A stretch of DNA of 64,000 nt from Felis catus. Lineage: Eukaryota. The position numbers were made by a program, and so were the translations under genes. Below the pieces are notes generated by a model that worked only from the letters and a program-made list of their open reading frames with translations, ran no database searches and was not told the DNA's origin. Location of the stretch: contig NC_058368.1 in NCBI RefSeq assembly GCF_018350175.1, positions 203,796,001 to 203,860,000 of the forward strand, written 5' to 3'. Of this stretch, positions 25,848 through 38,093 are shown piece by piece (position 1 is the stretch's first letter; every line of letters begins with the position of its first letter).

Positions 25848-28148
25848 TGCTGGAGACATGGAGATGTGCCACACAGACTCCCTTTCAAGAAGGAACTCTT
25901 TATCCAGTGCCAAAGAGTGCAGCTAATTGCCAGCCTAGGGGGTGTCAACTCCTTCATGTCTGCCTCGGTTTTTGCACCCAGGTCATGCCTTTCTCAAGGT
26001 GCCATCAGCCAATGATTGAGCAAGACCATGGTAAAGAGCCCAGCCACATAATACGCAACGCAAGACTGCTCCAAAACCAGCAATCTTTGCTTCAGGTTTC
26101 TCACTGGGCTGAGAGACTATTCAGATCTGCATTACAATCCTGCTTCCCACTCACTGCCTGATCCTGTTTTCTCCCTTTTCCTTTCATAGTGTTCAGCTCC
26201 AGTAAGCCTTTTGCATCCCAACTCAGGCTCACCATCTTTTCCTCAGAGAATCCACAGTGGACAATTCATGGCCTATGAAATCAGGCAGTAAAGTGAGGTA
26301 TTGGGGCTGGATAACTTAATGTCTGGCTGGCAATAAAGAACCATTCCAGGTGGTGTGCAAGGCACAGGCAGTCCCTTTTCAATGCATGTTCCCAATGGGC
26401 CAACCTTGGTAAAGTGTACCTGTGCAAAGTGGCACTCCAGCCACTGTGACAGGATTCAGGGGTCTGAAAAGTGTAGAGGGCCAATGCAAACAAGGTCAAT
26501 GGAAGTACCTGATAATGATTAAATTCAGCTGACCCCCATAAGGGGTTACGAGGAGCTGAAGACAGTAAACAACGGACATAAACATAACAAAGGCTGACAA
26601 AATGGAAAGGCCACAGGGCCTCTTTGGCAGTTTACAAAAAGGCCTTCATTCCCTTTTCCATGAAGTAGGAGGACAGGAAAAGCTAAGGAGCAAACTCCAG
26701 ATTTAATAGGAACTTCGTCTCCCAGTTTCCAAAAAGACTGAATGCTCAGCTGAACTACGTTATGCCAAGCTTAGGACCCTGGTTGGGAAAACCTGAAGCC
26801 CAGACAGGTTCCCATGAAATGGGAACATCTGGATGGAAGCCTGTGAAGATAATTTCTCTAGACTACTCTTAAATTAAGAACCTGCGAAGGTGATCTAGAC
26901 CTCCCTATTAAGATTTAGCACTTTTCCATGTAAAAATAATCTGCAGGACTCCCTGTTCTGCTAAGCAACGAGACCCTCCCCCCACCTCAGGATCTGCCCT
27001 CACCTCTTATGCCAGGTCACCAATAAATAGATTAGTTCGCAGCAATGATATATCCAAGGAAAGCTGGGCCTCAGAAACAGGGGCTACAGGCAAACAGACA
27101 TGCAAGGATCAGCCAACATATATTAACAGGGATGGATAACACCTACTGACTTGATTTTGAGAATACTTAACTAAGGAGGCTGTACCATGGGCCTGGATTT
27201 ATGGAGTATTAACTGATGTAGACAGTCTTAGGACACAGAATTAATGCTCTGGAGAGGGCCCTAGGAGATGGTATAAATTAGCCATTAGGTTGGCTCCTAG
27301 GAGCCTGGAGAAACTGACGACTCATGCCGAGCGAGGCTGAACTGCCTGAATTACCACAGCAGATGGTATAGCAAAGGAATAAAAGGCTTATGGAGACAGG
27401 CACACCGGCACAGCTATATTATGTAAGGCCTGACAACCCACCTAAGGATTCTATGCCATGAGAAGACCCAGAGAGCACACCATTCATCAAAGCTATCAGG
27501 AACGTGCTGATGAGAGAAGCACCATCATTATTAAGAAGTTCATAGTGGCTCTCTTCTGCAGATCAGAGCTGATGATAGATGCCATAACAGAATTTGGCTC
27601 ATCTATACCAATGAAGATGATGGGGCTCTAATGCAAGGGAGACTAGGTAAGGGTACTTAACCACAGAAGCCAGGGTTGCAATCAACATAACAAATGGCAA
27701 GGTCAAATGGCTACATTTATGAATTCTTTAACAAATGATATCAAAACAATTCAATATCCATATGCAAAATAAAGTATCTCAACCCTTTCCCCACACCATA
27801 ACAAAGGCTAACTCAAAATGGGTCCAAGACTAGACGCAAAAGCTCAAATTAAAATTATAAAACTTCTAGAAGAAGGTCACAATCTTCTCAGGATGGCACC
27901 CACAATGACTGAACAAGACTCTGGTACAAGGGTCCAGCCATGCCTGTCCTATTGAGGCCTCTTCCAGTGGGCAATCCTTGCTCCCCAGCTCCCATGGGGC
28001 TGAGAGGGGCTGAGAGAGACTTCGTCAGATCTGCTTCATTCTGAGAGCTGTGGTTGCACAGCTTTTGCCCACTTTTGCCCCCTTTCATTTCACAGGCATT
28101 ACTGATAAATCTTTTGCACTCCTAACTTCATCTCAGTATCTGCTTCCT
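25848..28148 (+). mobile_element. ERVL-class proviral remnant (LTR16 / ERV3-16A3-like): 5' LTR, degenerate gag, internal deletion, partial 3' LTR
   Basis: 5' LTR ~25848-26263 and 3' LTR part ~27886-28148 share related ends (ttttgcatcccaact... / ttttgcactcctaacttcatctcagtatctgcttcc); gag remnants LGWLLGAWRN*RLMPSEAELPELP (from 27285) and PESTPFIKAIRNVLMREAPSLLRSS (27468-27542) resemble ERVL Gag. Confidence 0.8.
27725..27874 (+). mobile_element. Short L1 ORF2 fragment inside the ERV remnant
   Basis: atatccatatgcaaaa...aactcaaaatgg...ataaaacttctagaagaa. Confidence 0.75.
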
Positions 28149-29284
28149 ATTTTCTTATTTTTAAAAAAACAAGTTTCTATCTTTCAAAAAGTACTGCAAA
28201 TATTCTGCATGTAAAGAGCCTGGAAGTCACCACTCTGTCCTAACAACAAATAAGAGCTGAACAGACTGGGAAAAAAACAAAACAAAACAACTCTTCTTGG
28301 ATCCATAAGAGAGGGGAAGACACAGAACAAACCAACTGCCCCCAAGACTGGAGAGACAAAGAGGCAAATACAGAGAGTCACAACTTACCAGAGCAGAACT
28401 CTACAAGCAGCAACCTCCATGGGAACCAGGGCCAGGGAAGGAAAATCCTAACTGTAACCAACAAATTGCTGGTGGCTCAGGATGGAAAACTCTGAACATT
28501 AAAAACTCCAGGGAGATCCTGTCATAGGGAGGCACCCACAGTATCGTGATATTTACCTCCAGGAGCTCAACCAAATCCCCACAGTAAAGACCAAAGAAAA
28601 ATCCCCTTATGCCCCTAGCAGGGGAGGGGAAAAGGGACCATTTTGAAATACATGAGAGCACTCCGTTCTTAATAAGGCCGGCTCACAGGAGAAACTGGTT
28701 AACCAGAGCCCAGATTAACCACAACACGGGTATCATCAGAGCCCAACCAACCTGGGAGAAGGGAAATACCCAACTCCAGCATTCTCTACCTTTCTACATG
28801 GGAAAAGGGAAATGTCCAACCCCAGCCCACTCTTCCATCCTGTCTCACCTAAGGGAGGAGAAAAAAAAAAAAACCTGAGAAACACTTGTGAAGTTCACAG
28901 TCTAGAGGTATAGGATAAAAGACTAAGACCTAATCATAGGATTAGAGAATGCTTTCCTTCCCCCGCCCACACACTTCACCACTACATTATTAAAGGCCTA
29001 TTTACAGTAGTTCCTTTTACCTGATACATCATGTCTGGCTGTAAGGAAAAAAATCACAAGGCATACCACAAGGCAAAAACAGAATTTGAAGAGAGAGAAC
29101 AAGCATCAGAACCAGGCACAGCTTGTAATTACAGACTGGGAATTTAAAACAACTATCATTAATATGCTAAGGGCTCCAGTGGATAAAGTAGACAAGCATG
29201 CAAGAAAAAAATAGGCAATGTAAGCACAGAGATGGAAATTCTAACAACCAAAAAGAAATGCCAGAATTAAAAAACACTATGGCC

Positions 29285-29518
29285 GGGGCGCCTGGGTGGC
29301 GCAGTCGGTTAAGCGTCCGACTTCAGCCAGGTCACGATCTCGCGGTCCGGGAGTTCGAGCCCCGCATCGGGCTCTGGGCTGATGGCTCAGAGCCTGGAGC
29401 CTGTTTCTGATTCTGTGTCTCCCTCTCTCTCTGCCCCTCCCCCGTTCATGCTCTGTCTCTCTCTGTCCCAAAAAATAAATAAACGTTGAAAGAAAAAAAA
29501 AATTAAAAAAAAAAAAAC
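29285..29518 (+). mobile_element. Very young felid Can-SINE
   Basis: Young-subfamily diagnostics ggtggcgcag, ttcagccagg, gtcccaaaaa, aaacgttgaa; exact TSD aaaacactatggcc. Confidence 0.98.
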
Positions 29519-30540
29519 AAAACACTATGGCCAAAATGAAGAACACCTTTCATGGGCTCATTAGTAGACTGGTCACAGCTGAGGAAAGAATCTCTGAGCT
29601 AGAAGATATATCAATAGAATCTTTGAAAAGTAAAAAGCAAAGACAACAGGACAAAAAAAAAAAAAACAAAAAACAAAAAACAAAAAAACAAAAAAAAAAA
29701 AACTAAAAAACACCAGAATAGAATACTCAAAGACTGTGGAATGACTACAAAATGTGTAACAAAGATGCAATGAGAATACCAGGAGGAGAAGACGAAAGGA
29801 ATAGCAGAAATATTTGAAGCAATAGTGACTGAGAATTTCCCCCAAATTAATGTCAGAAATCAAACCACAAATCCAGGAAATTCAGAGAACATCAAGCAGG
29901 ACAAATGCAAAACAAAAACAAAAACAAACCAAAAATCCCTATACCTAGACAAATCATTTTTATACCACAGAAAATCAAAGATAAAGAAAAATTCCTGAAA
30001 GAAGCCAGAGGAAAGAAACACTTTACCTATAGAGGAACAAAGGTAAGAATCACATCTGACTTCTTCGACCATGCAAGCAAAAACACAGTGAGATATTTAA
30101 GGATTAACAGAAAAAAAAAAAAGCCACTAACCTAGAATTCAGTACCCTGCAAAATTATCTTTCAGAAGTGAAGGAGAAATAAAGCCTTCCTCATACAAAC
30201 AAAATTGAGGAAATTTGTTACCAGTAGACTTGACTCACAAGAAATATTAAAATTAGTTCTTTAGTAAGAATAAAGAAGTTATGTAGATCAAGTTCCACAT
30301 AAAGGCAGAACATCAAAGGAAGAATAAGTCTAGGTAAATTAAAAAAATTTTTTTTCTTATTCTTAATTATCTAACAGATAACAGTTTCTTCAAAGTAATA
30401 ACACTAACAATGTATTTGATTATGAATACTTATGTGTATATTTTATGTATGCTTATAAAGGAATGCTTATTTATATATGCTTACATGTAAGTGAAATGAA
30501 TGACAACAATGATACAGGAATGACAGAGAGGAACTAGGAT

Positions 30541-30587
<47 letters not shown>

Positions 30588-30795
30588 TTAGATTTTTTTT
30601 TTTTAATGTTTATTTTTGAGATACAGAGTATGAGTGGGGGAGGGGCAGACAGAGAGGGAAACACAGAATCTGAAGCAAGCTCCAGGCTCTGAGCTGTCAG
30701 CACAGAACCTGATGCAGGGCTCAAACCCATGAACTGTGAGATCACGACCTGAGCCAAACTTAGATGCTTAACCGACTGAACCACCCAGGTGCCCC
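30541..30795 (-). mobile_element. Can-SINE with (TTTA)n tail
   Basis: Reverse-complement consensus; TSD ggaactaggat / ggaattaggat. Confidence 0.96.
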
Positions 30796-30943
30796 GGAAT
30801 TAGGATCATTTTGTTATTGTAAGGTACTCACACTATCCATGAAGTGGTATACTGTTATTTGAAAATGAAATAGAACTGGCTGTAAATATATTATTGCAAA
30901 CTCTAGGACAACCATTTAAAAAGTAAAAAAAAAAAAAAAGGCG

Positions 30944-31155
30944 GGGGGCACCTGGGTGGCTCAGTTGGTTAAGCATCTGACTTCAGCTCAGGTCATGATC
31001 TCGTGGCTCGTGAGTTCAAGCCCCGTGTTGGGCTCTGTGCTGTCAGGTCAGAGCCTGGAGCCTGTTTCAGATTCTGGGTCTCCCTCTCTCTCTGTCTCTC
31101 CCCCACTCACACTCTCTGTCTGAAAAAAATGAAAAACATTAAAAAAATTTTTTAA
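30944..31155 (+). mobile_element. Can-SINE
   Basis: ggggcacctgggtggctcagttgg head through A/T tail. Confidence 0.95.
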
Positions 31156-31223
31156 ATAGTATAATTGATATGTAAGAAGAAAAAATGGAATCACAAAATG
31201 CTCAGTTAAAACCACCAAATGCA

Positions 31224-31455
31224 GGGGCACCTGGGTGGCTCAGTCAGTTGAGCATCCGGCTCTTGATTTCAGCTCAGGTCATGATCTCATGGGTGAGATC
31301 AAGCCCCACGTCAGGCTCTGTGCTGACAGTGTGGAGCCTGCCTGGGATTCTCTCTCCTCCCTCTCTCTCTCTGTCCCTCCCCTACTCGTGCATGTATGTG
31401 CACACACTCTCAAAATAAATAGACACTGTAAATAAATCAATAAAAATAAATAAAT
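31224..31455 (+). mobile_element. Can-SINE (older)
   Basis: Full body; TSD aaaaccaccaaatgcag / aaaaccacaaaaggcag. Confidence 0.95.
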
Positions 31456-32940
31456 AAAACCACAAAAGGCAGAAAATGAGTGGAAAACGAAAATAGAGCA
31501 ATGGCAAAAAATAGAAAACAGTAACAAATATGGTAAATATTAATCAAAGTGTACTAGTAATCACTTTACATATCAATGATCTAAATGCACCAATTGAAAG
31601 ACAGAGATTGTCAGAGTTGATCAAAAGCCATAGTGTATGATTCCAACTGTATAACACTCTGAAAAGGCAAAAACTATTGAGACAATAAAAAGATCAGTGG
31701 TTGCCAGGGTTTGCTGGGGGAGGGATGAAAAGGCAGAGCCTGGAGGATTTTTAGGGTAGTGAATATACTCTATGTGATACCATAATGATGGGTACCTATC
31801 ATTATACATTTGTCCAAACCCATAGAATAAACAATACCAAGAGTTAACCATAATATAAACTGCAGTCTTGGGGTCAATATGGATTCATCAATTATAACAA
31901 ATGTACCACTCTGGTGGGGGATATTGATATTGGAGGATGCTGTGCATGTGGGGCACATGGAGTATATGGAAAGTCTCTGTACTTTCTCCTCAATTTTCTT
32001 ATGAATCCAAAGCTGCTCTAAAAAAAAAGTCTTACTTTTTTAAAGCGCTAGAAACTCAGCATCTTGAATCCTATTCTTAAAATTACAAGGTAAATTAACA
32101 TATTAAACTTGCTGAGAATTTTTCCGAAAAAGAAATATGTTCAACTTTGTTTACCCAGTGCTTCCTAAAATAATTTGACTATGAACCCCTTTTCCTCCTT
32201 ACAACCATAACATCCCACAGAAGTAATGGTCTAAGGAACATGCTTTGGGAAATACTAACCAAGTGGCAGGTTACCAAATTCCAGACATGGCCCTTAAGAA
32301 AAAATAAACAGTCTCTTAAAGCGTATCCCGCAATTACAAATCTATAAAATAGAAGAGTCACAAGAAAATGAATCAGAAATTTACAAGGTTAACTGATTCT
32401 AATTTGCTGCATCTTTGAAAAGGTTTGGAAAAGTGTTGAGATCGATAATTTCCAATTTTTTACAAGTACTTGCATCAGGAATTTTCAAAGGTAGGATAGC
32501 TATCATTGACTGTCATATTTTTTAATTTACTTCTGGGTTATTCAAATGGTAGACAGATACCTTCCAGGCTACTTCCCTTCCTCTCCATTCCTACTACACT
32601 CCACTTAAATCTCTCAGTCAAAGAAGTTCTTCATAATGTGGCCCGACCTTATCAGCCTATTTCTGACTGCTTCACCACACATCTTTCCCTGGTCACCAAA
32701 CATTCTGATCTAACTTCTAAGATCCTACAGCACATTTTCTCTGTACATTGTACACATAGTCCATTTAACATTTTCATGTACGTTTCTTTTCCTGAAGTAG
32801 GTTATCAGCTTTTCAATGGCTGAAAGAAAACCCTTAAGACACCTTTGCAACCTCAGCAGCTAAGATAGTGCATATCACGATGACTTGAGTTATCAACCTC
32901 AATTTATCTATTCTTATATTCATAGCAAAAGTCTACTTGA

Positions 32941-33141
32941 GGGGCGCCCGGGTGGCTCAGCCGGTTAAGCATCTGACTTAGGCTCAGCTCATGACCTCAC
33001 TGTTCATGAGTTCAAGCCCAGTGTCGGGCTCTGTGGTGACAGCTCAGAGACTGGAGCCTGCTTTGGATTCTGTCTCCCTCTCTTTCTCTCTGCCCCTCCC
33101 CCCACCTCTCAAAATAAATAAAAACATTTAAAAAAATGTTT
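32941..33141 (+). mobile_element. Can-SINE
   Basis: Full body; TSD aagtctacttga on both sides. Confidence 0.96.
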
Positions 33142-33416
33142 AAGTCTACTTGAGATCATTGCTGTCTGTAAGCTCAGAAGCCAAATAATACACAACTTCA
33201 CTGCCTTTTTTTAAACCCATCTTTCATCTCAGCTACATAGGAAGAACCAATATTCTTTTTCCTCTATAGGGAATATAAGTGCCTTCCAGATCATAGATGG
33301 ACACAGTCATATGTTCCCCTAAGATATATCCAACCAAAGCATCATCCCATATGTAACTACAGGGGACACTATCTTTACATAAAGGAAGCTAAGAAAATTC
33401 AAAATACTAGATAACT

Positions 33417-33530
33417 AGAGTGACCATGTAATTCATAATCCAAACCAGGGCATTGCTGAAAGTGAAAGAGACATTAAATCATTAATCATTAAGCCAGGAC
33501 AACACACACAATGTAATGTCCCAGCAAACC
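33417..33530 (+). mobile_element. MER94-like hAT-Blackjack fossil
   Basis: agagtgaccatgtaattcataatccaaaccaggg...gaaagtgaaag...gccaggacaac...tgtcccagcaaacc. Confidence 0.7.
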
Positions 33531-33594
33531 CTTTCAACCAATTCTATCTACTATCTCTTCTATTTCTCTAGCAAGTTTGCTACAGAAATTGCAT

Positions 33595-34130
33595 GTCACT
33601 CATTCGACACTTGTTCAATGCCTGCTGTGCTCCAGGTACTTTGCTAGACATTGAAATAAAAAATCATACACAAGGCAAATACAATCCTTACCTTTTTGGA
33701 AGAAATAGAAACAGGGGAACAAACATATCACTAGAATCATTACAAATTGTGATTTTAACTACTTTGAAGGAAAAAAATAACTTCAGAAGAAAAAGGAAGA
33801 TAGGCTGTTCACCTAGGATAGGCTGTCTTTGGCTGTTCACCAAAGACCTTCTCTCTCACGTAGGATAGGCTGTCTTTGGCTGTTCACCAAAGACCTTCTC
33901 TGGAGTGGTGACGTCTGAACTGTGACTTGAAAGCTGAATTGGATTAGCCATGGGAGTGACTGGGAGACGGAAAGTAGAGGAGTACTCCAAACCCAGAGAA
34001 CAGCATGTGCAAAGACCCTGAAGGGAGAAAGTTCATTTAAGTAAGATGAAGAAGACTTGTTGCATATAGTTGAGTGAAGTAAAGAAGTATCTGGAGCAGA
34101 CTGGAGAGGTCAGAAGGCTTGTGTTCCTTA
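33595..34130 (-). mobile_element. L2 relic containing a complex local duplication
   Basis: cactcattcgacacttgttcaatgcctgctgtgctccaggtact...ggtgacgtctgaactgtgacttgaa...gaacagcatgtgcaaagaccctga. Confidence 0.75.
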
Positions 34131-36090
34131 TCTAGAATTCTCAGGTAAAAGGAAAGGAGAATCTTAACCGCCAATGCACAGAGCAGAGCAAATTCAGTAA
34201 GCATCTACTGTCCCTCTTAACATAGGGCCACCCAAAGAGGTAAATAAAGTCAAAGAGGAAAAAGGGATACTAAAATTTAGTAAGAGCCAACTGCGTTCAT
34301 TTCCTCTTCTATCACCATGACTTAATGAGGAAGGTGGAAAAGGGGTAGACGTACCCTCTACAGCAGCAGAGCAGGAACAGAATTGCCCTTACCACACAAC
34401 AAGTTTCCTCGCTGGGTGTCGCTATGTTTACCTCTATCAAATTGGGACCTGGTGTCTCTTTCTTCCACATCTTCAAACGTCCTCCAGTTTCATGCCTTTT
34501 CCAAGTGACCACAGCATGGGGGAATATTCTAGACAACTTACACAATACTTTCTAGTTTGAATAAGATGTAAAAATTAAGACTGCACAGTTACCCCCAGGG
34601 AAGCAGAATGCACATCTTCTACCAAAATTTGGATGATAACATGAACTTAAAGTTGGATGCATCCTTCTGAGTGCCAGGGCTTTTATCAAGAACAAAGGGA
34701 AGCACAAATCCAGGGAAGAAATTAGAGGTCAGAGTAAAGTCATTTCCAAATATAAAAAATAAACAGTATTAAACCTAAACATGAATTAATTTCAAAAGAA
34801 AAGAGACTCCAGCATAATTTGGGGGTCCAGGAAAACTTTGAGCTTTATTCTAGTGTTTTGGGTTCAGCAAAATACATTTTGCCAAATGCTTTCCCCCTTA
34901 ATTCAGAAAAGGCATGCATATTTCAAAGGAAATTTAATCCATATGTTTCTGATTCATTTACACTTAATTCATCAAAATGTTGTTTTGTAAGAGTTATGTG
35001 GTGTCCAAGAAGTCTTATAAGACTCTTCTCTTTGAACCAGAAAGCCTTGCGTTGCCAGGACTAAATGGAACTTTATATGCAAAAAGTGTAGGACCTGGTG
35101 TTCCTCTAGGAAGTTTGGCCCATAAACTAGACTCTACTCCTAGAGTCTTGAGGTCAAGAGTAACAGGTAATGCTGAGAATTAGCAGGGAGCCCTTTGCAA
35201 GATAAAGAGAAAACTGCCAAACAACACTTTCCAGTGAGACAAACTCATCATTCTGTTATTGAGAAGCAAGGTTTTTTCATTCTTTATTATACAAAACCAT
35301 TCCAATGTTTCAATAAGAAAATGAAGGACTTTGGTCCTTAGCATGGAATGTTATACTTAGTTATTAACCATGAATAAATATGTTATTTTATAAAACAATA
35401 GCGAAAGTGTATTTCCTCTGGTATTCCAAGCATTTTGTCATACAAATTGTGAGCTTTCTCAATGCCTTCATGTACTTCACTACTTGTTTTGAACCTCTGA
35501 GAATGCTTTCCTTAAATCTAATTGATGCTCAAGTTTTCTACTAACCAGTAGGCTTTTTCTCTTCAGGCATGTATGTACTTCCAAGACTTCAAGACTTGGT
35601 TCTTCTGTCTTCTTCTTCTTCTTCTTTTTTTTTTTTTTTTTAATAAGCCATGCAAAGTCTCTACATTTAAAGATGTATTATCCTGTGATGAATTTAGTGT
35701 GCTTGTTTAACTTGATTGTGCATACATTATGGCAACAGTTCAAAACATATTTTCCAATGATCCAAATAACATGATGCAGTTACAGTGCTATCCCTTGATA
35801 GATGTGGGAAAGCCCACAGTCCCTTGAATGACAATGAGACACAGGGATCTAAAAATACAGACCTCAGATTTAAAATGACTATGAAGATTTCCTATGATCA
35901 AAACCACAAAATAGTTCAGTGAAAATAACTTGAGTAAAATACAAAAGTAACAAAAGTAGTTTCTGTTAATGTTTTAAATAACCAATTTAAACTAAAAAAA
36001 AAAAGTGATTTGAAAAAGTACACTATAGATTTGTATTATTTGATAATATTGATCATAAATCTTCATATAATGACACTCTAGTGACAGAGC

Positions 36091-36379
36091 TTTTTCTTTT
36101 TTTATATGTATGTTTTAGGGAGAGAGAGAGAGAGCAGGAAAGGGGTAAAAGGAGAAAGAGAGAGAATCTCAAGCAGGCTCCATGCTTGGAGATTAGCCTG
36201 GTGGGGCTTGATCTCATAATCGCGAGATCATGACCCGAACCCAAACCAAGAGTTGGATGCTTAACCAACTAAGCCGCCCAGGTACCCCAATTTTTTAAAG
36301 TAATCTCTACATGCAACATGGGGCTCAAACTCACGACCCCAAGATCAAGAGTCACTCCGCCAACTGAGCCAGGTGCCCC
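36091..36379 (-). mobile_element. Two-part Can-SINE: short tRNA-Lys-like monomer (36290-36379) plus full older SINE (36091-36289)
   Basis: Two SINE heads in tandem on the minus strand; flanked by ctagtga direct repeats. Confidence 0.85.
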
Positions 36380-36804
36380 ACTAGTGATATAATTTTTAAC
36401 TCTTCTTTTAAATCTACAATATTAGTGCTATATAACTTAAATAAATCTCAATTTTCTTTGAAAAACAATTCCCAATTATCTCCACAAAAATTTTGCAGAC
36501 AAAGGTTGGTGAATACTGGACTTTACTGAGAGCCTAGTATGCAAACAACATTTTTTCAATACTAAAGAGTTGAGCTGTGTAATGCAAACTATAAGATTTG
36601 AAACATAAAGTATTGTCTTACCTCTTACTGCTAATCATATTAAGAGAAAGAGGCATCTACAGAACTCGGATCAGGTCTCAGCTCTACCATTTAGGAACTG
36701 TTCACTTAGGCATTATTTTTTTAATTCTCTATCAGCCAGTTTCCTTCCTTAAAATGGGTAAAATAGTACTTCTATCTCAAAGAGCAAAGAATTAAATACA
36801 TGTC

Positions 36805-37164
36805 CATTAAAGTAATGCTAGCTGCTCCAACAAATCAGTGACCAAATTATAACAACTTCAACAGGACAAAATTTATTTCTCACATACATACAATCCTACA
36901 TTGGTTTTCTTGATTGTCAGGGGGCTCTACTTCAATCAGGAACATTGGAACCACAAGCCAGCAGAAAAGAAAAGGGCACAGAGCGTCCCATGTGGGAGGA
37001 TTTTATGGGCTAGACCTAGAAGTGGTACACATCACTACTATTCCATTGGCAAGAAATAATCCACATGGCCACACCTAATTATAAATGAGCATGAAAATGT
37101 ACTCACTGGATTGCCAGGAAAGAGCGGAAACAGGATGGGAGAAAACTAGCCACTCTCTGCCACA
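36805..37164 (-). mobile_element. Old MaLR LTR (MLT1J/K/L-like)
   Basis: aatgctagctgct...aaatttatttctcac...cacatcactactattccattggc...cacatggccacacctaa...ctctgccaca. Confidence 0.7.
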
Positions 37165-37882
37165 TGTAAAGTGCATAGCACCTTCCTTTCATGTAATAAG
37201 TACTCAGAAAAATGTTCGCTTTTTGCTATCACCATTGTTAATAAAGTTGTTCCTAAGTGAGTTCATTTAGCTTAGAAGACACTAGCCTCGTTGACAGGGC
37301 AGGTGAATACATATTTTTCTGCATACTTACTGTATTATATGGCTTAGAGAAACTCACATATGTTCAAAGTTAAAATACAACAGCAACATGTTTTCAAGAA
37401 AAAGCTTTACACACTTAATGGATAGATATATCAAAAGGGTTCTAAACAAAAGACTATGTATATTCTTTAATATTACTACGGTAATAAAAAGAATCAAGCA
37501 GGCTTTCTCAGGCTTCAAATGTTCAAAGATCCAAGCTTAGCAGATTAGAACAAAATCCTTAGAAAGTGGCATTTCAAATGCTATTATAGCAAATCTCAAG
37601 CTGCTGTCCAAATTCCTTTGCTGCATTATCTTCCTGTTGCAAAGCACGCAGCTTCCATGGTATACAAGTTGAAAATTGTTTTCATTGTATCAGTTCCCAT
37701 TGTATTAGTGTTTTCTATCATGGAATAAAGCCTATGCAGTCCGCTAATACCTTCAAGGAATGATTTAAAACTGTATCTATTTTTCTTCAAGTAAGATTTA
37801 AAACTATACTTCTCTCTCCAGGGCAAGGTGGAAAATCTCCTGAATGATCACTCCTTTCTTTCCAAAGAAATTACTTTGTGTT

Positions 37883-38093
37883 GGGGTGCTTGGGTGGCTC
37901 AGTCGGTTAAGCGTCCGACTTCGGCTCAGGTCACGATTTCACGGTCTGTGAGTTCAAGCCCCGCGTCGGGCTCTGGGCTGACGGCTCAGAGCCTGGAGCC
38001 TGCTTCGGATTCTGTGTCTCCCTCCCTCTCTGCCCCTCCCCCGTTCATGCTCTGTCTCTCTCTGTCTCAAAAATAAATAAAAACATTTAAAAA
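37883..38093 (+). mobile_element. Felid Can-SINE
   Basis: Near-consensus body; TSD aaagaaattactttgtg / aaagaaattattttgtg. Confidence 0.97.

Larger units (their letters stand above)
28200..32030 (+). mobile_element. Old L1 (L1MC-like): 5'UTR, ORF1 remnant, start of ORF2 fused to 3'UTR; interrupted by four SINEs
   Basis: ORF 29905-30135 PRQIIFIPQKIKDKEKFLKEARGKKHFTYRGTKVRITSDF is L1 ORF1p-like; 31530-31625 reads MVNINQSVLVITLHINDLNAPIERQRLSELIK (ORF2p endonuclease start) and then runs straight into 3'UTR sequence. Confidence 0.88.

Noticed and set aside
33814..33901. CRISPR-like palindromic direct repeats
   Set aside because: Only two units with a 6-nt gap, in mammalian L2 context, with no spacers or cas genes; a local duplication.
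36290..36379. tRNA-Lys-like sequence on the minus strand
   Set aside because: Has a SINE-type 5' end and A tail plus deletions; a SINE monomer, not a functional tRNA.
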